NCBI GenBank assembly: GCA_002269645.1
Contig: NIVC01001054.1
Location: forward strand, 208,744 to 272,743
Length of the DNA stretch: 64,000 bases
Origin: Macrostomum lignano
Lineage: Eukaryota
Direction of reading: 5' to 3'
The notes below the pieces were generated by a model, which was given only the letters and a program-made list of their open reading frames with translations, was not told the origin of the DNA and searched no databases. Every line of letters starts with the position of its first letter. Position 1 is the stretch's first letter. A program made the translations under genes and the position numbers. Positions 14,001-23,389 of the stretch are shown here, in pieces.

Positions 14001-17000
14001 AGCACCACTATCAAAAAACCGGTGTCTTTGATACAGAAGGTCGCCCTCATTGACGCGTTCCCCACCGTAAAAGTGACGGACGACAGCATGCGCGGTATTG
14101 AAACAGCCATCAAGAGATACCACGATGCCAAGGAAGTTGCTCAACGAAAGCGCCTACTTGGCGTCGCTTACTCCACAATACTGCGGGCTGTCTTCTCTGA
14201 GGAGCAGCTTCAGACGTGTGTCTGGGAAGGACGAAAGGTAAAGAATGGCACCAACCGGTCGGCCGTCGACCCGATGCAGAAAGAGGCCGTCATTCAATTC
14301 GTTAAATCGAACGGCCTAGACCCAAGCCGCCTGTCACTTTACTTCAATCGCCTCGCCGCTTACGGCCGCAGTAAACTATCGGGCGCCGGTGGCGAGACGG
14401 AGGCCGGTGGCGGGACGGAGGCCGATGGCGAGACGGAGGCCGGTGGCGAGACGGAGGCCGGTGGCGGGACGGAGGCCGGTGGCGAGACGGAGGCCGGTGG
14501 CGGGACGGAGGCCGGTGGCGGGACGGAGGCCGGTGGCGAGACCGAGACCGGTGGCGGGACGGAGGCCGATGGCGAGACGGAGGCCGGTGGCGAGACGGAG
14601 GCCGGTGGCGGGACGGAGGCCGGTGGCGAGACGGAGGCCGGTGGCGGGACGGAGGCCGGTGGCGGGACGGAGGCCGGTGGCGAGACCGAGACCGGTGGCG
14701 GGACGGAGGCCGATGGCGAGACGGAGGCCGGTGGCGAGACGGAGGCCGGTGGCGGGACGGAGGCCGGTGGCGAGACGGAGGCCGGTGGCGGGACGGAGGC
14801 CGGTGGCGGGACAGAGGCCGGTGGCGGGACGGAGGCCGGTGGCGAGACCGAGGCCGGTGGCGAGACCGAGGCCGTGTTGTAGTAGGCGAAACGTAAGAAC
14901 TGATAACGGTACGAGGATTGTGATTCGCTGACAAATGTGACTATTAAACAAGTAAAAAAAGAAACTCTTAATAATCAATGTCACACTTCTCAACATAGTC
15001 ACCCCGGAGCTGAACACATTTGTGCCATCTTTCAGGCAGCTTGTCGAGGCCCTGGGCGAAGAATTTTCTGGGGACACTTCGCAACCACTGGTTGATCGCA
15101 GAGCCAAAAGCAGAAAGGCTTCCATAGCAGTGACCACGAAGTGGCTCTTTAATTTTCTCTAAGAGCACCCGCTGGATGTTCTCATCAGAGGTAGATGCTA
15201 GAGGTAGAGGTGGAGGTAGAAAGATACAGGATTTTCTGTCTTATATGAAGGCTAGAAGTAATATTTTCCATAGACATAACTGTCATGAGCCCTAGAGTCC
15301 TAGGCTAAAGTATAAACTCAAGTAAAAAAATACAAAAGAAACTAGAGATGTTTGTCAGCAGATTTATGACACATCCCTCGTAAAAAGAAACCAGCCTCTT
15401 TCTTTCTTTCTTTCTTTCGTTTTATTAATCGTAGCTTATTAATAAATCGCCAGCCTCTAATTGAGCCTCTAATTGAGCCTCTAACTGAGCATCAAATCGC
15501 CAGCCTCTAATTGAGCCTCTAATTGAGCCTCTAATTGAGCCTCTAACTGAGCATCAAATCGCCAGCCTCTAATTGAGCCTCTAATTCAGCCTCTAACTGA
15601 GCATCAAATCGCCAGCCTCTAATTGAGCCTCTAATTGAGCCTCTAACTGAGCATCAAATCGCCAGCCTCTAATTGAGCCTCTAATTGAGCCTCTAACTGA
15701 GCATCAAATCGCCAGCCTCTAATTGAGCCTCTAATTGAGCCTCTAATTGAGCCTCTAATTGAGCCTCTAACTGAGCATCAAATCGCCAGCCTCTAATTGA
15801 GCCTCTAATTGAGCCTCTAATTGAGCCTCTAACTGAGCATCAAATCGCCAGCCTCTAATTGAGCCTCTAATTGAGCCTCTAATTGAGCCTCTAACTGAGC
15901 ATCAAATCGCCAGCCTCTAATTGAGCCTCTAATTGAGCCTCTAATTGAGCCTCTAACTGAGCATCAAATCGCCAGCCTCTAATTGAGCCTCTAATTGAGC
16001 CTCTAATTGAGCCTCTAACTGAGCATCAAATCGCCAGCCTCTAATTGAGCCTCTAATTGAGCCTCTAATTCAGCCTCTAACTGAGCATCAAATCGCCAGC
16101 CTCTAATTGAGCCTCTAATTCAGCCTCTAACTGAGCATCAAATCGCCAGCCTCTAATTGAGCCTCTAATTCAGCCTCTAACTGAGCATCAAATCGCCAGC
16201 CTCTAATTGAGCCTCTAATTCAGCCTCTAACTGAGCATCAAATCGCCAGCCTCTAATTGAGCCTCTAATTCAGCCTCTAACTGAGCATCAAATCGCCAGC
16301 CTCTAATTGAGCCTCCAAAACGAGCCTCAAATTGCCAGTCTCTAATTGAGCCTCCAAAACGAGCCTCAAATTGCCAGCCTCTAATTGAGCCTCCAATACG
16401 AGCCTCAAATTGCCAGCCTCTAATTGAGCCTCCAATACGAGCCTCAAATTGCCAGCCTCTAATTGAGCCTCCAATACGAGCCTCAAATTGCCAGCCTCTA
16501 ATTGATCCTCCAATATGAGCCTCAAATTGCCAGCCTCTAATTGAGCCTCCAATACGAGCCTCAAATTGCCAGCCTCTAATTGAGCCTCCAATACGAGCCT
16601 CAAATTGCAAGCATCAAATCTGGGTCATTTTTAGAGGCTGCGACACCCAAGAGTCGAGCCTCTAACCCAGCCTCTAGCCTCCCATTGGTTTAGTGTAACC
16701 AAATAAAAAAAATCATTAGAGGCTAGCACCAAAAAGTGAGCCTCCAACACCCCTCCAGATTTTCCATCGGGATTTCCCTGTTTGGGTGTGCCATTTCCCT
16801 GTTTGGGTGTGGCATTTCCCTGTTTGTGTGTGCCATTTCCCTGTTTGGGTGTGGCATTTCCCTGTTTGGGTGTGGCATTTCCCTGTTTGGGTGTGCCATT
16901 TCCCTGTTTGGGTGTGGCATTTCCCTGTTTGGGTGTGGCATTTCCCTGTTTGGGTGTGGCATTTCCCTGTTTGGGTGTGGCATTTCCCTGTTTAGGTGTG

Positions 17001-19098
17001 GCATTTCCTAGTTGGGTGTGGCATTTCCCTGTTTAAGTAGCCATTTCCCTGTTTGGGTGTGGCATTTCCTAGTTGGGTGTGGCATTTCCCTGTTTGGGTG
17101 TGGCATTTCCCTGTTTGGGTGTGGCATTTCCCTGTTTGGGTGTGGCATTTCCCTGTTTGGGTGTGCCATTTCCCTGTTTGGGTGTGGCATTTCCCTGTTT
17201 GGATGTGCCATTTCCCTGTTTGGGTGTGGCATTTCCCTGTTTGGGTGTGCCATTTCCCTGTTTGGGTGTGGCATTTCCCTGTTTGGGTGTGGCATTTCCC
17301 TGTTTGGGTGTGGCATTTCCCTGTTTGGGTGTGGCATTTCCCTGTTTGGGTGTGGCATTTCCTAGTTGGGTGTGCCATTTCCCTGTTTGGGTGTGGCATT
17401 TCCCTGTTTGGGTTGCCATTTCCCTGTTTGGGTTGCCATTTCCCTGTTTGGGTGTGGCATTTCCCTGTTTGGGTGTGGCATTTCCCTGTTTGGGTGTGGC
17501 ATTTCCTAGTTGGGTGTGGCATTTCCTAGTTGGGTGTGGCATTTCCCTGTTTGGATGTGGCATTTCCCTGTTTGGGTGTGCCATTTCCCTGTTTGGGTGT
17601 GCCATTTCCCTGTTTGGGTGTGGCATTTCCCTGTTTGTGTGTGCCATTTCCCTGTTTGGGTGTGGCATTTCCCTGTTTGGGTGTGGCATTTCCCTGTTTG
17701 GGTGTGCCATTTCCCTGTTTGGGTGTGGCATTTCCCTGTTTGGGTGTGGCATTTCCCTGTTTGGGTGTGGCATTTCCCTGTTTGGGTGTGGCATTTCCCT
17801 GTTTGGGTGTGGCATTTCCTAGTTGGGTGTGGCATTTCCCTGTTTGGGTAGCCATTTCCCTGTTTGGATGTGGCATTTCCTAGTTGGGTGTGGCATTTCC
17901 CTGTTTGGGTGTGGCATTTCCCTGTTTGGGTGTGGCATTTCCCTGTTTGGGTGTGGCATTTCCCTGTTTGGGTGTGCCATTTCCCTGTTTGGGTGTGGCA
18001 TTTCCTAGTTGGGTGTGGCATTTCCCTGTTTGGGTAGCCATTTTCCTGTTTGGGTGTGGCATTTCCCTGTTTGGGTGTGGCATTTCCCTGTTTGGGTGTG
18101 GCATTTCCCTGTTTGGGTGTGGCATTTCCCTGTTTGGGTGTGGCATTTCCCTGTTTGGGTGTGGCATTTCCTAGTTGGGTGTGGCATTTCCCTGTTTGGG
18201 TGTGGCATTTCCCTGTTTGGGTGTGCCATTTCCCTGTTTGGGTGTGGCATTTCCCTGTTTGGGTGTGGCATTTTCCTGTTTGGGTGTGCCATTTCCCTGT
18301 TTGGGTAGCCATTTCCCTGTTTGGGTGTGGCATTTCCCTGTTTGGGTGTGGCATTTCCTAGTTGGGTGTGGCATTTCCCTGTTTGGGTTGCCATTTCCCT
18401 GTTTGGGTGTGGCATTTCCCTGTTTGGGTTGCCATTTCCCTGTTTGGGTGTGGCATTTCCCTGTTTGGGTGTGGCATTTCCTAGTTGGGTGTGGCATTTC
18501 CCTGTTTGGGTAGCCATTTCCCTGTTTGGGTGTGGCATTTCCCTGTTTGGGTGTGGCATTTCCTAGTTGGGTGTGGCATTTCCCTGTTTGGGTTGCCATT
18601 TCCCTGTTTGGGTGTGGCATTTCCCTGTTTGGGTGTGGCATTTCCCTGTTTGGGTGTGGCATTTCCCTGTTTGGGTGTGGCATTTCCCTGTTTGGGTGTG
18701 GCATTTCCCTGTTTGGGTGTGGCATTTCCCTGTTTGGGTGTGGCATTTCCTAGTTGGGTGTGGCATTTCCCTGTTTGGGTGTGGCATTTCCCTGTTTGGG
18801 TGTGGCATTTTCCTGTTTGGGTGTGGCATTTCCCTGTTTGGGTGTGGCATTTCCTAGTTGGGTGTGCCGTTATATTTCTAAAGAGTTATGCCACTTTTCA
18901 ATAGTTGACTGTGTCATTTCTAGTTGCCAAACTTAACTGTACTCTTCAACCTGCTCCTTCCATCCATTTTCCCCAGAATCTGTCGGACGCTCCATCAAAA
19001 TCAGCGCCAGCGTTCAGGAGGCCGACAACGACTTCATGGGATTCTCCTACGTGCCGCCGACCTTTGTTGATTCCGCTGGCTTGGGCACCGACCTGTGA
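11087..19098 (+). CDS. SGK: serum/glucocorticoid-regulated kinase, last two exons (partial; upstream exons not found in window)
   Basis: Exon 11087-11282 (ccgcag|...|gtgagt) = LLQKSRQNRLGSNGDIQEVRKHPFFATIDWQLLEQRKIEPPFKPKLMSPLSTEYIDSEFTREPVP. It joins in phase 1 to exon 18977-19098 (ccccag|) = QSVGRSIKISASVQEADNDFMGFSYVPPTFVDSAGLGTDL*. This is an AGC-kinase C-tail with SGK-type EFT.EPVP..S.G and hydrophobic motif FxxFSY. Intron is 7694 bp. Confidence 0.9.
11343..12480. repeat. 21-bp minisatellite, left part (SGK intron)
   Basis: Unit TGGGTGTGCCATTTCCATATT, switching to TGGGTGTG(G/C)CATTTCCCTGTT at ~11990. Confidence 0.97.
12660..13630 (+). repeat. left subterminal array of the element (GAGGCT motif; 61-bp then 96-bp higher-order units of 12-mers)
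   Basis: 61-bp unit TTTAATTTAGAGGCTAAATTCGAGGCTGGATTAGAGGCTTTATTTGAGCCTGGATTTGACG (copies at 12721, 12782...), then 12-mers such as TTAGAGGCTGGA/TTAGAGGCTCAA in 96-bp blocks. Confidence 0.93.
13641..14882 (+). CDS. 413-aa element-encoded protein: N-terminal coiled coil + BEN-like domain + (GGETEA)n acidic tail
   Basis: Intact ATG-TAG intronless ORF. The segment ILRAVFSEEQLQTCVWEGRKVKNGTNRSAVDPMQKEAVIQFV (~14180-14305) fits the BEN pattern L...lFs.eeL....G.......+.alDp.....i..fv. Residues ~1-85 look like heptad coiled coil. 18-bp repeats at 14389-14875 encode GGETEA/GGGTEA. Confidence 0.75.
   Translation: MEDKERLQAALDELSRDHDTEAQSVEGKVSSMKADLHQLALEYRQTCTSFRNSVRIISSVDKMLEDANKIHARARTELAKMAEFCSDSPATIVDSSMATEVESLGITLAVNTRASDSTSGSTTIKKPVSLIQKVALIDAFPTVKVTDDSMRGIETAIKRYHDAKEVAQRKRLLGVAYSTILRAVFSEEQLQTCVWEGRKVKNGTNRSAVDPMQKEAVIQFVKSNGLDPSRLSLYFNRLAAYGRSKLSGAGGETEAGGGTEADGETEAGGETEAGGGTEAGGETEAGGGTEAGGGTEAGGETETGGGTEADGETEAGGETEAGGGTEAGGETEAGGGTEAGGGTEAGGETETGGGTEADGETEAGGETEAGGGTEAGGETEAGGGTEAGGGTEAGGGTEAGGETEAGGETEAVL
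14968..15200 (-). mobile_element. mariner (Tc1/mariner) transposase remnant, internally deleted
   Basis: Minus frame ASTSDENIQRV-LLEKIKEPLRGHCYGSLSAFGSAINQWLRSVPRKFFAQGLDKLPERWHKCVQLRGDYVEK. The C-terminal part matches the mariner tail (G..KL..RW.KC....GDYVEK). The DDD catalytic core is absent. Confidence 0.85.
15444..16615 (-). repeat. right subterminal array of the element (reverse complement of left-arm motif)
   Basis: 12-mer GCCTCTAATTGA repeated in 45/57-bp units with CTGAGCATCAAATCGCCA spacers, then 39-bp units from ~16310. TTGAGCCTCTAA is the reverse complement of left-arm TTAGAGGCTCAA. Confidence 0.93.
16775..18866. repeat. 21-bp minisatellite, right part (continuation of array split by the element)
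   Basis: Unit TGGGTGTGGCATTTCCCTGTT with a 20-bp ..TTCCTAGT variant; same variant as immediately left of 12484. Confidence 0.97.
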
Positions 19099-20734
19099 GC
19101 TCCGGGACTGCCAGAGATAGGAGATTAGTCCCGACTTGAGTACAGAGCTGCTGAGCAAAGAGATGAGAGAAGAGAGGGAGAGCAGACGATAAAAGGGCGA
19201 GGGAAGATCAGAGAAGAGAGGGACATGAGAGAAAAAGAAAATGATAGATGAGAGGTAGATGATAGATGAGAAAGACAAGAGAGGGAGATGATTGATCAGA
19301 GAGGTGAGAGGAGATAGGGATATGGGAGGAGAGAGAGAGGTGAGAGAACAGAGATGGAGAGAAGAGAATGGAAGAGGGGGGTGTTATAGAATTGTCTTCA
19401 ACTTTTATTTAAATTTGTTCCATAATTTGTTTTAAAAATATATTTTTATCAGTGATTGCTGCATAGACTAGACAGTGTGATGTTCACTGCCGAGGTGATG
19501 ATATTCTGCAATATAGTCCTGAATTGTATCCTGCAATATCCTTCCAAAGCTCTTGGTTATTGACAGTTATTAACCTACAATAACTGAACAATAACTTATT
19601 AAGTGTCATATTTTATTCACAAATTCTAATTGTGTATTTATTGGATTTGTAAAACGGTGTTTTTAAGTCTGCTGTTTATCGACGTTTTTTTATCAAATTT
19701 GTGTGTTTATTAACCTGCGTTATGTGTTTAATAATTTGTTCGTTTAGCGACAGCAATGTGTGTTTTGTTTAGGCTGGCTATGGATGTTTATCAAAATAAG
19801 GATCTATTAGATATTTTCGAAATTATACTGGCATAAATTTTTATTTGTTAATTGTGTTTTTAATGTTTTCATAGAAACAGTTTTTATGTACATCACTGCT
19901 AATAAAGCTGGATATGCCATTCAGGCGTGTATCTGTATATGCTAAATAAAACAGTTTATCTACTTTCAGTTCAGTAGCAAAGAAGCGTATGTATGCTATT
20001 TTATAAAAATAACGGCGGATAAAATGAATTTTAGGGACGAGTAGACCTTTTAGACGAAAACAGCTTGATAATTGATTCAGCCGTAATGTACATTAGTTAG
20101 TTCCGCTAATGTGCATGCCAGCTTTAGGCAATAAAAATTGGGTGGCGTTGGTGGCGGGGTAAGAGATTTTTATAGCCAAGACCCTCGGGGTTATGTTTGG
20201 GACCCCGTTTCCCCGGCCTTATCATTTTATTGGCCTGGCGCAATAAAACTCCAAATAAAATTGGCGTTCCTATAAGTATAGTCTATGGCCGTGGCCAAGC
20301 GGTGAATAAATGAGTCATATGTTAAAAATAACACTAAAATGCTTCTGTTTAGCTGTCTACTGAGCTGAAAGTAGCTTACACGCAAATTTGCTGATCTAGT
20401 TATTATCTGTGTCGTATAAAATTTTTTATCATATCTTCCTTTGAGATTGCTGAATGTGCCTAATAACTGCGAGCAATTAATTGAATTGATCATTGGTGCT
20501 CATTCTATCGAATATGCTTTTCCCAATTCGCTAAACCCCAGTCTTCCCAAAACTATATGTGCTCTTTTAACTCTGTGTTTTTATAATGAGCAGTTTGGTA
20601 TTGAATTGCTGGATCAAATAAACAAATTGAACTGAGGTTGCGACGAAAAATTTTAGCTGAGTCAGTTTTTGTCATTTTGAATACTTGCTGAATTCTTCGT
20701 CTGGTTAGTATTGATTTTTTCTGTAGAGGTGCCA

Positions 20735-20935
20735 GGATTAGGATTAGGCGCCAAGGTGATTAGCGCCAAGATTAGGCGCCAAGGTGATTCGCGCCAAGAT
20801 TAGGCGCCAAGGTGATTAGCACCAAGATAAGGCGCCAAGGTGATTCGCGCCAACATTAGGCTCCAGGATGTTTATCGTCAGTTTTTGGCGCCAGGATAAT
20901 TAAAACGCTAGATTTGGCGCCAAGATTAAGCGCTG
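20735..20935. repeat. short 28-bp GCGCCAAG repeat cluster
   Basis: ATTAGGCGCCAAGGTGATTAGCGCCAAG about 4 times, plus scattered GGCGCC in both orientations. Confidence 0.8.
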
Positions 20936-21279
20936 GGAAGGGAGACAGCAGCCAAGACGATACAAATTTAGCCGGGAAACTTGGCTGGAAAAGTGGCTTG
21001 TACAAAGGTTCAAGGATTTGAGGTACGGAAGGAAGCGTGGAAAGGCGGAGAGGCTGCAAGGAAGAATGCGTGGCTAAGGATGAAGCAAGCGGCAGGCATT
21101 TCGAAAGAGGCCCTTCGAGTGAAACGCATCCTTTGTGCATCGCTGTATCGAAATCAGCAGCGCACCCACAGTTAAGCCTTGGGGAGGGGGGGGGGGTTGA
21201 AATTCGGGGACGGATGGAGGCAGGCCGAGGAGACCTGCGAACGAATGTCTGCGCACTGGAAAAAATGGGCGGACCAGAT

Positions 21280-22948
21280 ATTTTAGCGCCGGTGGACTTG
21301 ATATTTTAGCGCCGGTGGGCTGGATATTTTAGCGCCGGTGGACTTGATATTTTAGCGCCGGTGGGCTGGATATTTTAGCGCCGGTGGACTTGATATTTTA
21401 GCGCCGGTGGGCTGGATATTTTAGCGCCGGTGGACTGGATACTTTAGCGCCGGTGGGCTGGATATTTTAGCGCCGGTGGACTTGATATTTTAGCGCCGGT
21501 AACTGGATATTTTAGCGCCGGTGGACTGGATATTTTAGCGCCGGTGGACTAGATATTTTAGCGCCGGTGGGCTGGATATTTTAGCGCCGATGGACTAGAT
21601 ATTTTAGCGCAAGTGGACTAGATATTTTAGCGCCGGTGGACTAGATATTTTAGCGCCAGTGGACTAGATATTTTGGCGCAAGTGTACTAGGTATTTTAGT
21701 CCCGATGGACTAGATATTTTAGCGCCGGTGGGATGGATATTTTAGCGCCAGTGTACTGGATATTTTAGCGCAAGTGGACTAGATATTTTAGCGCAAGTGG
21801 ACTGGATGGTTTAGCGCCGGTGGGCTGGATGGTTTAGCGCCGGTGGACTAGATATTTTAGCGCCGGTGGACTGGATGGTTTAGCGCCGGTGGGCTGGATG
21901 GTTTAGCGCCGGTGGGCTGGATGGTTTAGCGCCAGTGGACTGGATGGTTTAGCGCCGGTGGGCTGGATGGTTTAGCGCCGGTGGGCTGGATGGTTTAGCG
22001 CCGGTGGGCTGGATATTTTAGCGCCGGTGGACTAGATATTTTAGCGCCGGTGGGCTGGATATTTTAGCGCCGATGGACTAGATATTTTAGCGCAAGTGGA
22101 CTAGATATTTTAGCGCCGGTGGACTAGATATTTTAGCGCCAGTGGACTAGATATTTTGGCGCAAGTGTACTAGGTATTTTAGTCCCGATGGACTAGATAT
22201 TTTAGCGCCGGTGGGATGGATATTTTAGCGCCAGTGTACTGGATATTTTAGCGCAAGTGGACTAGATATTTTAGCGCAAGTGGACTGGATGGTTTAGCGC
22301 CGGTGGGCTGGATGGTTTAGCGCCGGTGGACTAGATATTTTAGCGCCGGTGGACTGGATGGTTTAGCGCCGGTGGGCTGGATGGTTTAGCGCCGGTGGGC
22401 TGGATGGTTTAGCGCCAGTGGACTGGATGGTTTAGCGCCGGTGGGCTGGATGGTTTAGCGCCAGTGGACTGGATGGTTTAGCGCCGGTGGGCTGGATGGT
22501 TTAGCGCCGGTGGGCTGGATGGTTTAGCGCCGGTGGGCTGGATGGTTTAGCGCCAGTGGACTGGATGGTTTAGCGCCGGTGGGCTGGATGGTTTAGCGCC
22601 GGTGGGCTGGATGGTTTAGCGCCGGTGGGCTGGATGGTTTAGCGCCGGTGGGCTGGATGGTTTAGCGCCAGTGGACTGGATGGTTTAGCGCCGGTGGACT
22701 GGATGGTTTAGCGCCGGTGGGCTGGATGGTTTAGCGCCGGTGGGCTGGATGGTTTAGCGCCGGTGGACTGGATGGTTTAGCGCCAGTGGACTGGATGGTT
22801 TAGCGCCGGTGGACTGGATGGTTTAGCGCCGGTGGGCTGGATGGTTTAGCGCCGGTGGGCTGGATGGTTTAGCGCCGGTGGGCTGGATGGTTTAGCGCCG
22901 GTGGGCTGGATGGTTTAGCGCCGGTGGACTGGATGGTTTAGCGCCAAT
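21280..22948. repeat. 23-bp minisatellite
   Basis: Unit GATATTTTAGCGCCGGTGGACTG grading into GATGGTTTAGCGCCGGTGGGCTG; contains an internal 483-bp duplication. Confidence 0.97.
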
Positions 22949-23389
22949 ATTTGGCTAAACAAAAGTGATAGCTTCGGTAGAAAGTGAGGTCCTGCATGCA
23001 CCTACCAGATTTGTGTTCATGGCCTCCTTGGATGCTCCGTTGAAGGAAGAAAACAAAGAACCCTTGACCGTCCAGTGCGATCTTATTGCTTTTTTAGATT
23101 CAGCATCCCTAGCTAGGCTACAAGGACTTCTAAAACTGGCATATTGTTGTACAACTTGCTTCCCAGTCCAGATTCCTAACGTAGTTAGGAAAAGTGGAAT
23201 CAGTGTACACCCTCTCGCACGAAGAGCGTTCGGTCAGTACCAAGGGTGGGAATAACCCGGAGGGGGGATATTTGAAGTTGAAGCCACTTGGGGAAAGCAA
23301 CTTATTCTGCTTTTTGCGTCAGAAGACTAAAAGAAGGTATAGCTTTGTGCAACAAAGTTGCAGATCGTGCTTCTTAGGGACAAATTAAA

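Larger units (their letters stand above)
12484..16771 (+). mobile_element. 4288-bp non-autonomous DNA transposon-like element (CMC/EnSpm-like or PHIS-like) with foldback arms and BEN-like ORF
   Basis: Termini CCCGATGGGAAA (12484-) and TTTTCCATCGGG (-16771) match 11/12 as inverted repeats. ATT is duplicated at 12481-12483 and 16772-16774, and removing the element plus one ATT restores a perfect host unit GTGTGCC-ATT-TCCCTGTTTGGG. Subterminal arrays lie in inverted orientation. Confidence 0.88.

Noticed and set aside
15150-15190. Hammerhead ribozyme cores (CTGATGA on minus at ~15182; on plus at ~56762 and ~11222)
   Set aside because: Stem II is not immediately followed by GAAA or does not pair; the matches fall within transposase, LINE or kinase coding sequence.
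21280-22948. CRISPR-like regular arrays
   Set aside because: Units are head-to-tail with no unique spacers, there are no cas genes, and the context is eukaryotic.
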